Below are positions 39,891 to 49,569 of a stretch of 64,000 nt of DNA, piece by piece; positions within the stretch are counted from its first letter, which is position 1; every line of letters starts with the position of its first letter. A model generated the notes under the pieces. It searched no databases. It saw only the letters and a program-made list of their open reading frames with translations, and was not told the DNA's origin. Origin of the DNA: Nitrospirota bacterium. Its GTDB lineage: Bacteria > Nitrospirota > Thermodesulfovibrionia > Thermodesulfovibrionales > UBA9159. The translations under genes and the position numbers were made by a program. Location: assembly GCA_963699545.1 (NCBI GenBank), contig CAVOUE010000005.1, forward strand, positions 416,001-480,000. Direction: 5' to 3'.

Positions 39891-41271
39891 CCAATATCAT
39901 CCCCTCAACCCGATGTTTGGCTTCCTCAATGATCCTTGTCGCCTCTGCCTTCAGCCTTTCGGCTTCAGAGATTCGTCTCTTAACTTCATCGGAGATTTTG
40001 TTCTGGATTTCGAGAGGGGGAATGGGGACTAGAAAATTCTCTATTGTCGATATTGTTATATTCCCTTGTATTGCCCCTATCTTTTCTCTTTCTGTAAAAA
40101 GCTTTGAAATCTTGTTGTTCAGCCATATTGAAACATATTCTTTATTAACTTCATCATTAACACAAAATTTAATCATAAACGAGCCAAAGGCAAACCCATC
40201 TGCCTCTTTTGGAACGACTGCAACAATTCCAACGGAACCGCTTCTGGAAACCAATAAATCCCCTTCATAAACAAACCCACTTCCAATTTCTTTTCTCTTT
40301 GATTCTTCAAGATGGGCTATTTCTGTTAGGTCTATCTTGTTAGGTTCTATATTTAATATTCTAAGCAGAGGTATTCCTTCATCAACATAAACATTCTTAA
40401 TAGAAACACCATAATGGATTTTTGTTACAAATTCTTTCAGCTTCGCTATCCTGTATTTCCCTTTCTCTAATGCCTTCTCAACTTCTTCAAACTTCGGCTG
40501 ATAATACGCAACATCCGCTCTGCTGTTCTGCACTTCTGCAGAGGTGACAACAAAACACATCTCGTCCTCAACCTCCGGAAGTTTTATGCCCAGGTCATCA
40601 AGCACATAACCATCAATCGAATCCAATAGCCTCTGTGCCTTAACTTTTTTTTGTTTCTTCTGGTTGTACGCCGATTGCATGATATCAACGATTTGGGTTT
40701 GGATTTCTATAGATGGAATGGGAATTAATATCTTCTTTACTTCTTCCGTGTTTAATTCGGGGCGAGTAGATTTGTTTCCCCATCTATAAATTTGCTGACT
40801 ACCAACATCAGAAAGCAAATAAGTCTTAAGGTAATATGGATTAACCTCTGGCTTGCAGGTGATTGTTACTAAGTGAGAAGTTATATTCCCCTCTATTAGT
40901 CGGTCAGGAAAGACCGCCGAGTATCCCAAAATTGCTCCTGCCTTAGTTAAAAGAACATCATTTGGCAAGACTCTACTTCTTTTTAATTCGGCGTGTTTTT
41001 CCGGAGATATTTTCACTAGATTATTTTCTGAGATTTCTCCAGTTTTAACATTTGAAACCCTTACAACCGGAATGCCTTCTGTAGTATAGTCTTCGACTTT
41101 TAATTGTGTTCCAAATGGCCCATCGACAATTCTACTGCATATATCACCAATTCTCTTTATTTCATACTTAGATTTTTGTAGCTTATGAATTAACTGCAGA
41201 TATTTAGGGTCATAAAACAGAGGGTCTATTCGTCCCTCGATCTCGTTACTCAAAACCGTAAAACACTGCAT
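39883..41271 (-). CDS. hsdS: Restriction-modification specificity (S) subunit with two TRDs
   Basis: Two repeats RIDPLFY/RADVAYY..GIPVVRV/GIPLLRI..IPIPSIEIQ/VPIPPLEIQ with coiled-coil spacers; AT-rich. Confidence 0.88.
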   Translation of the reverse strand: MQCFTVLSNEIEGRIDPLFYDPKYLQLIHKLQKSKYEIKRIGDICSRIVDGPFGTQLKVEDYTTEGIPVVRVSNVKTGEISENNLVKISPEKHAELKRSRVLPNDVLLTKAGAILGYSAVFPDRLIEGNITSHLVTITCKPEVNPYYLKTYLLSDVGSQQIYRWGNKSTRPELNTEEVKKILIPIPSIEIQTQIVDIMQSAYNQKKQKKVKAQRLLDSIDGYVLDDLGIKLPEVEDEMCFVVTSAEVQNSRADVAYYQPKFEEVEKALEKGKYRIAKLKEFVTKIHYGVSIKNVYVDEGIPLLRILNIEPNKIDLTEIAHLEESKRKEIGSGFVYEGDLLVSRSGSVGIVAVVPKEADGFAFGSFMIKFCVNDEVNKEYVSIWLNNKISKLFTEREKIGAIQGNITISTIENFLVPIPPLEIQNKISDEVKRRISEAERLKAEATRIIEEAKHRVEGMILGD

Positions 41272-41272
41272 C

Positions 41273-43072
41273 TTATTTACCCTTCAAGAACTTTTTATAT
41301 TCCGCATAAATCGTATTGAAATCATTTTCTGGGACTTCCCTGCCAGTAGCGTCGTACCCGATGTGGTCTGCTATTGCCATGAAGATTGGATACTTTGCTA
41401 ATCTTTCGTTTTCGCCTTTCCTTCTCAGAAACACAAGCGAAGATTTAACGCCCGCGCCGTAATGGGTGAAGGCGAATTGAGGTAAGGAGACGACTGCTAA
41501 TATCTGGCACTTTTCCATAATAAAGTTCCGCACATATTGCAAAGAAGAATTGGTCAAAATCCCGTCAGGCAATACGATGCCGATTCTGCCGGTCTTCGGT
41601 TTCACAAAATCAATACACCGCTCAATGAACATTACCTCTGTTTTCTGATTCTTCTTACCTTTACCGAGGTCGTATTTCTCCAAATAGTTTTTCTCTGTTG
41701 ATTTGACAGACGCGCCGAATGGGGGATTGGTAAGGATGATGTCGAAATAATCCTTCTTGAAGCCTTTATGTATATCCGTAATCTCTTTAACATCTCTTAG
41801 CGAATCCGTGCTGATCACGTTTGTATGTCCGTCATCGTGTATGATCATGTTCATCTTGCAGACCCTTGCGATCTGGTCGTTAATCTCAATGCCATAAAGA
41901 TTATTCATGGCGAAATTATGCCAGTGCTCCCATGCCTCTTTTTCATCATAATTATCTTCAGCAAACTTTTTCACCAAATCCATTGCGTTCAGTAGAAAGC
42001 CGCCGCTTCCACAGGCGGGGTCTAAGATCAAATCAGTCCTTTCAGGATTGAGCATCTTCACGGCAAATTCAACAATCGGGCGTGGCGTAAAGAATTGCCC
42101 CATCTTGCCTTTAAAAAAGTCCTGCATAAACCGCTCGAATGCAACCCCTTTGGTGTCCAGGTCAATCTTGTTTATAGCCAGCTCTTGCAGGTGCTCAACC
42201 ACATTGTAGACAATCTTTGCGTCTAATCGGATATCTTCCCTGAAAACTTCCGAGTCTTCTTTCTTTGCCTTCTGATATATGGAATCAATCCTATCGTAAA
42301 CCTCGTCTGCCGATTCATGAGTGCCGATCTGGAATTTGTACGTATCGCCCTTCTTCGTGCCTTTTTCGTCTTTCAGTTTACAGAACAGAAGCTTTGATAC
42401 TTCGTCAAAAGCTGTTGTAGGCGCGAGCCTGCCGCCCTGCCAGACAGTATCGTGGGATTTCTCCAGTGCCCTGATGAGTTCTTCTCTGGAGACGATCTTT
42501 AAATCCCTTGCCGGATCGCCCTTGACGAATCTGTATTTCGGCGTTTTTCCATATCTTACAGAAACATCAGAGATTACATTTCGTTCTCTTTCGCTAGGCT
42601 TGAATCCTTCAACATCAAATACTGTCTTTGTAGTGCCAGCGACAACAGCTGCGAACTTTGACCTTAAACTGTTTGCATTTCCAAAGGCTTGTTCAATAGC
42701 CTGCTTGAATTCAGCATCTGAAATGCCATCTTTTTTACACTCAACAACTAAATAAGGTTTCTTTAGCTCCTCGTCTTCATAAATAACAATATCAGCTCTG
42801 TCTTCGGGCTTTCTTCTCGGAACAATGACCTCTAAATCTATCTTTTTACTCGGGTACTCATAGTCCAGAACCAGCTCTGCAAAATAGGAGGCCCTTACTT
42901 TTTCCTCTGGTTTTTTGTAACCCGACGTATAGTCTCGGCTGCAGTGATAGGTGATTTTGGAGTTGTCGTCAGATAAGGAAATGAAACCTTTCTCGATGGC
43001 TCTCTGGATATTTCTCTCAAAGATTGATTCGTGATTGGTTGTTTTTTGTCGTGTCACATCTCTTTCAGGCAT
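41273..43072 (-). CDS. Fused PD-(D/E)XK endonuclease (HsdR N-terminal type) + N6-adenine methyltransferase (type IIB/BcgI-like R-M subunit)
   Basis: RADIVI..VVECKK nuclease motif; GQFFTPR, DPACGSGGFL (motif I), TNPPFG (motif IV). Confidence 0.88.
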   Translation of the reverse strand: MPERDVTRQKTTNHESIFERNIQRAIEKGFISLSDDNSKITYHCSRDYTSGYKKPEEKVRASYFAELVLDYEYPSKKIDLEVIVPRRKPEDRADIVIYEDEELKKPYLVVECKKDGISDAEFKQAIEQAFGNANSLRSKFAAVVAGTTKTVFDVEGFKPSERERNVISDVSVRYGKTPKYRFVKGDPARDLKIVSREELIRALEKSHDTVWQGGRLAPTTAFDEVSKLLFCKLKDEKGTKKGDTYKFQIGTHESADEVYDRIDSIYQKAKKEDSEVFREDIRLDAKIVYNVVEHLQELAINKIDLDTKGVAFERFMQDFFKGKMGQFFTPRPIVEFAVKMLNPERTDLILDPACGSGGFLLNAMDLVKKFAEDNYDEKEAWEHWHNFAMNNLYGIEINDQIARVCKMNMIIHDDGHTNVISTDSLRDVKEITDIHKGFKKDYFDIILTNPPFGASVKSTEKNYLEKYDLGKGKKNQKTEVMFIERCIDFVKPKTGRIGIVLPDGILTNSSLQYVRNFIMEKCQILAVVSLPQFAFTHYGAGVKSSLVFLRRKGENERLAKYPIFMAIADHIGYDATGREVPENDFNTIYAEYKKFLKGK

Positions 43073-43129
43073 ACCGTAAGGTATCAGGATTTCCACTATT
43101 TTTCAAGTAACGCTTGATATAATACCCCC

Positions 43130-44614
43130 ATGAATTCTTATGCCCGTCTTATTCCCCGGCTAAACGGTGGAGAGATTGAGGAGAAGTTCTCCTATTATCT
43201 CGACCTCGTAAAGAAAGGGGTCGCCGGTTTCATCGTGTTCGGCGGAGAGCTTGAGACAGTCCGGGCGAGACTGGCAGAGCTTCAGGCAGCTTCTCATTAT
43301 CCGCTCATCATCGCCTCTGACCTGGAGCAGGGGCTGGGTCAGCAGATAGAAGGCGGCACGGTTTTCCCTCCTGCGATGGCGATCGCGTCTGCAATCACGC
43401 CCCCGTCGCCCCCCCTTGCCAAGGGGGGGAATGAGAGGGGGGTGAGTTCCAAGTTAAACCTACTGAGAAAAACATTCAAGGCTATTGCGCTTGAGGCCCG
43501 GTATGCCGGAATCAATACGATATTCGCCCCTGTTCTGGATATCAATACGAACCCGGATAATCCTATCATCGCCACGAGGGCATTCGGCGAAGACCCCGCA
43601 ACCGTCTCCTTTTTTGGGTGCGAGATGATCAAAGTGCTGCAGCGCAACGGGATCATCGCGTGCGGGAAACACTTTCCCGGACACGGCGATACAGAGGTCG
43701 ACTCACATATCAGCCTCCCTGTCGTCAGGAAGGGTCTCCATTCCCTGGAGCAGAACGAACTCGTCCCCTTTAAGAAAGCGGTCGGCGAGGGAGTGGACAT
43801 GATAATGCTCGGCCATCTGAGTGTCCCCGCCCTTGACCCTTCAGAAAGGCCCGCGTCCCTTTCAGATAAGGCGGTCGCGTACCTGAGGGACAGAATGGAG
43901 TTCGGTGGAGCAATTATTACCGATGCGATGAACATGGGAGGGATTGGTCGGTATACGGAGAAAGAGGCATCCCTTATGGCCCTCAACGCGGGTGTTGACA
44001 TCATCCTCCATCCCTCAGACCCCGATGCCGTGGCAGCGTATCTGTTGGAAAAGAATTGCTTCACGAGTAAGACCACATCCTTGTCATTCCCCGGCTTGAC
44101 CGGGGAATCCAGAAACGCTCTGGATGCCCGATTAAGAACTTCGGGCATGACATATGAAGAAATTGATTTCGCCTCACACCAGAGGCTTTCTGATGAGCTT
44201 GCGGGCATGGCTGTCACTATAGAAGGGAAAAGTGATCTGAGGCTAACGAAGCCTTTCATGATCATCCTGAAGGAGGACAAGGTCGAGAGGGGCGGGCACT
44301 TTGCGAATGCATTGAAGAAGAGATACGCGGGTTTTCGTTATTGCTCCGTCATGCCCGGAGATGAGATACCATGGTCTGCACTTCCGAGGGGCCATGACCT
44401 TTTGGTCGGCGTGTTCTCACAGGTGAAGGCGTGGAAGGGTCAGACTGGCGCATGGGTTCGAAGAGCAGTTGAAAGCCTCGATGGCAGGGCAAGGCTTTTC
44501 ATATCCTTCGGGAACCCCTATGTCCTCAGGAACGTGAGGGATGCCGCCAGGATATACGCCTATTGGGATTCCCGGTCAGCCCAGGAGTCAGTGGCCGAAA
44601 GACTGCTGATGTAG
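43130..44614 (+). CDS. Glycoside hydrolase family 3, NagZ-like beta-N-acetylhexosaminidase
   Basis: SDLEQG, APVLDIN, KHFPGHGDTEVDSH, ITDAMNM. Confidence 0.88.
   Translation: MNSYARLIPRLNGGEIEEKFSYYLDLVKKGVAGFIVFGGELETVRARLAELQAASHYPLIIASDLEQGLGQQIEGGTVFPPAMAIASAITPPSPPLAKGGNERGVSSKLNLLRKTFKAIALEARYAGINTIFAPVLDINTNPDNPIIATRAFGEDPATVSFFGCEMIKVLQRNGIIACGKHFPGHGDTEVDSHISLPVVRKGLHSLEQNELVPFKKAVGEGVDMIMLGHLSVPALDPSERPASLSDKAVAYLRDRMEFGGAIITDAMNMGGIGRYTEKEASLMALNAGVDIILHPSDPDAVAAYLLEKNCFTSKTTSLSFPGLTGESRNALDARLRTSGMTYEEIDFASHQRLSDELAGMAVTIEGKSDLRLTKPFMIILKEDKVERGGHFANALKKRYAGFRYCSVMPGDEIPWSALPRGHDLLVGVFSQVKAWKGQTGAWVRRAVESLDGRARLFISFGNPYVLRNVRDAARIYAYWDSRSAQESVAERLLM
43395..43445. repeat. Palindromic element inserted in frame in the GH3 gene (1)
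   Basis: TCAC..CCCCCCCTT-GCC-AAGGGGGGG..GTGA, encoding TPPSPPLAKGGNERGV. Confidence 0.7.
44082..44152. repeat. RPE/REP-like three-hairpin element inserted in frame in the GH3 gene (2)
   Basis: TGTCAT TCCCCGG-CTTGA-CCGGGGA ATCCAG-7nt-CTGGAT GCCCGA-9nt-TCGGGC ATGACA. Confidence 0.8.
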
Positions 44615-44667
44615 TGCGGGTATCGGAAATAAGTCTACATTCTTTTGCACAGCCTCACCTCCCGTTC

Positions 44668-45378
44668 TCACTTCCCCGTCTGTTTCTGCATCTCCTCGGC
44701 AGCTTTTCTTGCCTCCTCAGCCTGCTTCTGTAACACCTCAGCCTGTTTCTGAATCTCCTCTGCCTGTTTCTGCATTGCCTTTGATGTCTCTTCCATCTGC
44801 TTCTGGAATTTCACCGCCTCCCGCGAAAACCTCCTGGCTGCGAACTGTGAGCTGATGCTCGCGAGTATCAATAACCCACCGATAATACCGAACACAAGCC
44901 TCGCTTTTTGAGAAGGGATGGCATGCACCTCCACACTGGCAATGATGATCAGGCATGTCGCAAGGACGATACCTATCGCAGAGCCCGCATAAGGGATTAT
45001 GCCGAGCACCGCATTGATGGGAGCTATGGCCGAAATATATGCCCCGCACCGATAGGCGGTTTCATACGATTCCTGGGATCCCATGAGCTTCCAGATCACA
45101 AAGAGTATTGCGGCCCCGACAAAGCCGAATACCGCGACCGCGACCGGAACCACAATTATTGATCCCGCAGCAGCGGCAACCCCCATACTGAACCCCAGAC
45201 CGATGATGCTGAGCACTGCGTGGATGAGACCTCCGATGAGGCCCATCACCACCATGAATATGAGAGGCCCCACAAAGCCCCCTGTCTTCGGCATCTCTCT
45301 GAAAAAGGCGGACGGGGAAGTCAATACCCTGATCGCATTCTGCGGGATACCGGAAAGATTAACACCTTTTGTCTCCAT
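44668..45378 (-). CDS. Yip1-domain membrane protein with C-terminal coiled coil
   Basis: VLTSPSAFFREM N-terminus, about 5 TM segments, QKQAEE repeats. Confidence 0.75.
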   Translation of the reverse strand: METKGVNLSGIPQNAIRVLTSPSAFFREMPKTGGFVGPLIFMVVMGLIGGLIHAVLSIIGLGFSMGVAAAAGSIIVVPVAVAVFGFVGAAILFVIWKLMGSQESYETAYRCGAYISAIAPINAVLGIIPYAGSAIGIVLATCLIIIASVEVHAIPSQKARLVFGIIGGLLILASISSQFAARRFSREAVKFQKQMEETSKAMQKQAEEIQKQAEVLQKQAEEARKAAEEMQKQTGK

Positions 45379-45568
45379 CGTTACTCTCCCTTCTTTCATT
45401 ATGGAATCGCTCGCTTGACAATACATGGCAGAGAACACCTTGTCAAGGTGAATCTCATACTGAAACTTGAGGTTTGGAGGAAGTTGACATGACTTTCTTA
45501 AATGCTCTATTCTTTCTCAGACGTCATGGTGTGATACTCTCAACTTTTTGACAGTAGCTAAGGAAGTA

Positions 45569-45832
45569 ATGCATACGGATGAATATGAGATCTCCCTTTC
45601 CAGAGAACTGGATGTCTGCAAAAAGACTATCGGGAAATTGCAGAAATCCCTCCGCATAATAGAAAAAAAATATAATACAACGACAGACAAGTTCGTTGAA
45701 GAGTACCCGAGTAACCGATTCCCGTCTCAGGACAAGGATTTCATTAACTGGCACAGTGATTATGAAGCGCTCAGGAGATGGGAAGAGAGGCAGAGGCAAT
45801 TTGAGGAAATATTTCACCGCATGAAGATATAA
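45569..45832 (+). CDS. Hypothetical protein
   Basis: 87-aa ORF with AAGGA RBS and downstream hairpin. Confidence 0.6.
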   Translation: MHTDEYEISLSRELDVCKKTIGKLQKSLRIIEKKYNTTTDKFVEEYPSNRFPSQDKDFINWHSDYEALRRWEERQRQFEEIFHRMKI

Positions 45833-45847
45833 AGGGATTCTATTATC

Positions 45848-45878
45848 CTCTTCCCTCCCCGAAACGGGGAGGGAAGAG
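45848..45878. terminator. Hairpin terminator between convergent genes
   Basis: CTCTTCCCTCCCCG-AAA-CGGGGAGGGAAGAG perfect inverted repeat. Confidence 0.7.
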
Positions 45879-45886
45879 TTTCTCTC

Positions 45887-46048
45887 TCAGTGTCCGCCGG
45901 GGAAGAACGTGTAGCTTACCCACACAAGGATTCCCAACAGAGCGGCTCCGATTATGAGACTGTAGCTGATGAGCTTCTTCTCCACAGGAAGTAGTGGCTC
46001 ATACTCCATTTTTTTAAGTTCTTCTGCTAATTTTGGTTCATCAGGCAT
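45887..46048 (-). CDS. 53-aa single-TM protein downstream of the PSE transporter (not in ORF track)
   Basis: AGGAGG RBS; MPDEPKLAEELKKMEYEPLLPVEKKLISYSLIIGAALLGILVWVSYTFFPGGH*. Confidence 0.75.
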   Translation of the reverse strand: MPDEPKLAEELKKMEYEPLLPVEKKLISYSLIIGAALLGILVWVSYTFFPGGH

Positions 46049-46064
46049 ACATACCTCCTTTCTT

Positions 46065-47870
46065 TTACCCGGTGATTATCGGCGGTTTTACTCCATGGAA
46101 GAATATCCATGAGATAACCAACCCTATCCATATGATGAAACCAAACAGGCAGAGAACGTACACAGCTGCCAGTTTCCCGATGCCTTCTTCCCATAGTTTC
46201 TTGAAGTTGGAAACAACTCCAATAGCAAAGAAAGTGAGGAGGAAGAACATCACCCTGAACGAATTGCTTCCGTCTGTTGCTATCTTGGCATTTGTTAAAG
46301 TTGCCTTTTGGTCCTTGATCTGGTCGCTTAAGCCTTTCAGCTTGTCTTTCGCAGCAGTGATTTTTTCGTTTAAGGCCGCCAGCGCTGCCGGGTCTGTTGT
46401 TGTTGGAAGCTGTTTGTCCGCCTTGGAAAGCTCCTCTTTCAAGGTGCCGATCTCCTTTTCAACAGGTTGCACCGTTCTGGTAGCAGGCAAACAGACTATC
46501 AGCAGCAGCACGAACGTCATGACATACCCTAATACAAACTTCGGGAACCTGTTCCATATCTCGCCTGCCCCGATCTTTTCACCCGGTTTGCACTCAATCT
46601 TGGCGCACCATATATAGGCAAGTATGAACGCCCACACCCCGATAAAGATATCGATGAACAGCTTTACCGTTGTGGCGGTCATAGTCAGCCAGCCTTCCTT
46701 GTAATTCACGCCTTCCATTGCCATTGCCTTTGCCCTCACAAGGGCATCAGTAACTGCACCGCTTGCAACTGCTGCGCCATCGGTCTTTACCGCAAGACCC
46801 ATCCACGCGCCTGCCACCAGCGGCTCTTTCCATAAGAAGGTCTGCGCCATGAAGGGGAGAACAATAAGCTCAATCACGGCAAAGATAACGACCAGCGAAG
46901 ATACCATTATCGGCACTATGGGCCTCGCCCTTATGGCGCCTCCTGTTGCGATGGCCGCCGAAACGCCGCAGATCGATATCCCAGAGGCTAGAGGGGCAGC
47001 CCACTCCCTGCTGAACTTAAAGTACTTCCTGGCGACAAAGTATACCAGCGCCCAGTAGATCAGGTAGGCCTCCACAATGGCGCAAAGACCCCTGAACATC
47101 ACCGCAGTCGCCAGCCCGAAGGACTCAGCCGCCTTAACACCGAGCAGCGCACCCATCAGGACGATGCCGGTTTTGATATACAGCTCAGGTCTTATGACAT
47201 CTTTCAGATACTGTGAGAATTTAGGGAAAAAGTTACCGACAACGAGACCGGTAATAAGCGCGACAATAAAACCTGCCTCGCCCGTCAGTTTCAGTGACCA
47301 CGGAATTCCTGCTTTCTTGGCATCTGTTGCTGCTATATATACGTAGTGTCCAATAAGCCAGCACGCATAGCTTATCCAGAAGACAATGGTGAACCCCACA
47401 ATGAACTTGCCGATATTCACACGCAATGCTGCTGCGCCAACCAACATCACGACAAGCATGAAAAGATAGGTGAGGAGCAAAGACGTGAACCCGGTTATTC
47501 CCGATTCATATTTGTCGCCGACCTTAAGTCCTGCGGTATCCTTTACCGTGATGGTATCTTCTTTTCCATCCGCCTTCTTGAGAGTCACCTTCTGACCCTC
47601 GATCTTTGTAATCTCTCCCTTTACCAAGGCATAGTTCTTCGTTGTTGCAGAGGTCGCTTTTGAAATGTCAGCCCATGGTTTTGTTGCTATTCCCCATCCA
47701 AGGATATCCGCTCCTCCAAATGCAAAAAGCGAAAGGACAAAGATGAAGAGTCCAAGCCACAGAGAGAGCCAATCCTCGCTTATTCCCTTTTTCTTTTCCG
47801 GTGCACAGGTCGCAGGGGTATCACATTTGGCCCCGGTCAGCTTGTCTTCATCTATTCTTTCTTCTTCCAT
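46065..47870 (-). CDS. Putative sulfate exporter (PSE/UPF0324, YeiH-like) family transporter
   Basis: SEDWLSLWLG, ASGISICGVSAAIA, WNRFPKFVLG; many TM helices. Confidence 0.85.
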   Translation of the reverse strand: MEEERIDEDKLTGAKCDTPATCAPEKKKGISEDWLSLWLGLFIFVLSLFAFGGADILGWGIATKPWADISKATSATTKNYALVKGEITKIEGQKVTLKKADGKEDTITVKDTAGLKVGDKYESGITGFTSLLLTYLFMLVVMLVGAAALRVNIGKFIVGFTIVFWISYACWLIGHYVYIAATDAKKAGIPWSLKLTGEAGFIVALITGLVVGNFFPKFSQYLKDVIRPELYIKTGIVLMGALLGVKAAESFGLATAVMFRGLCAIVEAYLIYWALVYFVARKYFKFSREWAAPLASGISICGVSAAIATGGAIRARPIVPIMVSSLVVIFAVIELIVLPFMAQTFLWKEPLVAGAWMGLAVKTDGAAVASGAVTDALVRAKAMAMEGVNYKEGWLTMTATTVKLFIDIFIGVWAFILAYIWCAKIECKPGEKIGAGEIWNRFPKFVLGYVMTFVLLLIVCLPATRTVQPVEKEIGTLKEELSKADKQLPTTTDPAALAALNEKITAAKDKLKGLSDQIKDQKATLTNAKIATDGSNSFRVMFFLLTFFAIGVVSNFKKLWEEGIGKLAAVYVLCLFGFIIWIGLVISWIFFHGVKPPIITG

Positions 47871-48040
47871 ACCTGACCTCCTTCCTTAACGTATTTCTCA
47901 CCCCAAAAAACTTCCTCAGACATCTTTTCTGAAAGGACTATTCTCCTAACTTTCCACCTCCTTCCGACAGATCTTCCGCCGTCATCAGAACCTATTATGA
48001 ATCATAGGGATTTTTTCGGGAAAGTCAAATGATCCTCCGC

Positions 48041-48313
48041 TTAATAGCCCCCTGTTTTCGGCTTGACCTCTTTCGTTACCTTGCCGTCCTTTACCGCTAC
48101 GCCCTCGCCGACCTTAACACCGCCGGTGTCTTTCACTTTGACTTTCGTTTCTTTTCCCTTGTCGTCTTTTATGGTAATCTCATATTCGGACGGTACGATT
48201 TTCGTTACGGTGCCCTTTATGGCACCCTTCTCTTCTTGATGTCCGCAATGACCCACGCCTGCAACGCTGAAAGTAAATACAAAAACCATAAGAAATGCCA
48301 AAACGGTTCTCAT
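48041..48313 (-). CDS. Small exported beta-barrel (OB-like) protein
   Basis: Signal peptide; GTVTKI..ITIKDDKGKETKVKV..VKVG.GV. Confidence 0.75.
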   Translation of the reverse strand: MRTVLAFLMVFVFTFSVAGVGHCGHQEEKGAIKGTVTKIVPSEYEITIKDDKGKETKVKVKDTGGVKVGEGVAVKDGKVTKEVKPKTGGY

Positions 48314-48338
48314 TCTCTTCCACCTCCTTTGACTCTTG

Positions 48339-49310
48339 TCATTTTTTTAATTCCTCCACCGCCTTTTTCAGTTCATCCACAGCCTTTATCGCGTCGTTCA
48401 CCCTTACAAAATCATACCAGTTCTCGTTGGCGGCAGGGTAATCCACGTTGCTCCCGTAAATGATCCATGAATCATCATAATTGGCGGGGTCCTTGAAACC
48501 CATCAGCCTCAATTCCAGATAGATAAGGGTTGAGCGTGTCCCCGTCTGGCAGTATGGTATGGTGCGCTTGCTCTTGTCCAGCTTGTCAAAGATCTTCTCC
48601 AGTTCGTCCATGGAATGGATCTTCCCCGACTGGACATCGTAGGTCTTTATATGGGAGACATTTTTCGTGGTATTCGGGATATGGCCTCCCCTCAGTGCAC
48701 GGATATCGTTCCCACCATACTCTTTTTCGGTCCTCGAATCAATGACCTGCGCTCCCTTGCTTTCACCCTTTGCGATCTTTACCATCTCATCAGTGGTGGC
48801 GATCCTGCTCTTTGCGACCTTCGCCTTGAAGGATGCGGGAGAGACTTGCTTAGCTTCCTTTTCGATGGACTTGCCGCCCTCTTTCCAGGCTTCTATCCCG
48901 CCGTCCAGGAAAAAGACCTTATCGTGGCCGAGATATTCAAGTATCCAGAAGGCTACGGAGGCGCTCGTTATGAGCCTTGCGTCGGCATAGACCGCGACAG
49001 GTTTATCCATGCTGACTCCCGCATTGCCCAGGAGCTTTTCAAGGTCTTCAGTCTTTTTTGCCCTCAGCGTAGTATCCCTGAGGACCTTGCCGCATGCCCC
49101 CCCGAGGGTTATCGCACCGGGAATGTGACCGGCTGCATAGGCCTTGTCATCCCTGCAATCGATCACGACCCACTTTCCCATGTTCTTCTGCACATCCGAC
49201 GGCGATACCAGTAACTGCGGATTTGCATAGTCTGCAGCAAACACTGACGCGCTCATGAACAGAGAGATAACGATTAGTAGCGCTGTAGTTAGCCTGCCTG
49301 TCTGTCTCAT
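48339..49310 (-). CDS. Exported tandem-domain rhodanese (sulfurtransferase)
   Basis: Signal peptide; GHIPGA, LDGG, GGHIP, active-site CQTGTR, YDDSW. Confidence 0.9.
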   Translation of the reverse strand: MRQTGRLTTALLIVISLFMSASVFAADYANPQLLVSPSDVQKNMGKWVVIDCRDDKAYAAGHIPGAITLGGACGKVLRDTTLRAKKTEDLEKLLGNAGVSMDKPVAVYADARLITSASVAFWILEYLGHDKVFFLDGGIEAWKEGGKSIEKEAKQVSPASFKAKVAKSRIATTDEMVKIAKGESKGAQVIDSRTEKEYGGNDIRALRGGHIPNTTKNVSHIKTYDVQSGKIHSMDELEKIFDKLDKSKRTIPYCQTGTRSTLIYLELRLMGFKDPANYDDSWIIYGSNVDYPAANENWYDFVRVNDAIKAVDELKKAVEELKK

Positions 49311-49447
49311 CTTACCTCCTCTATGGGTTTTCTCGTGTGAATTTCACAATCTCCTTTTGATACTCGAAAAGTTTCTTGAAGTGCATTATGTAAAAGGCGG
49401 GTCAGAATCATGCACGTATCTGTTCAGGCCGTCCATGCTACGAAAGA

Positions 49448-49463
49448 AGCAAGGGAGATGCCA
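49448..49463 (-). promoter_or_regulatory. sigma54 promoter of the rhodanese operon
   Basis: Minus strand TGGCATCTCCCTTGCT, near-consensus -24/-12. Confidence 0.8.
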
Positions 49464-49514
49464 CTCTTATTACCCATGAAGTATATGGTTTATTTTCGAA
49501 AGCGTGTGAGAAGC

Positions 49515-49564
49515 TGTTACCATAAGGGAACACGGAGATCGTTGTATGTTCCCGGAAGGGAGCA
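49515..49564. promoter_or_regulatory. Two putative enhancer (UAS) sites for the sigma54 activator
   Basis: TGTTACCATAAGGGAACA (49515-49532) and TGTTCCCGGAAGGGAGCA (49547-49564), imperfect palindromes 32 bp apart. Confidence 0.6.
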
Positions 49565-49569
49565 TATCC

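Noticed and set aside
43339-44280. 313-aa minus-strand ORF
   Set aside because: Antisense shadow of the GH3 gene.
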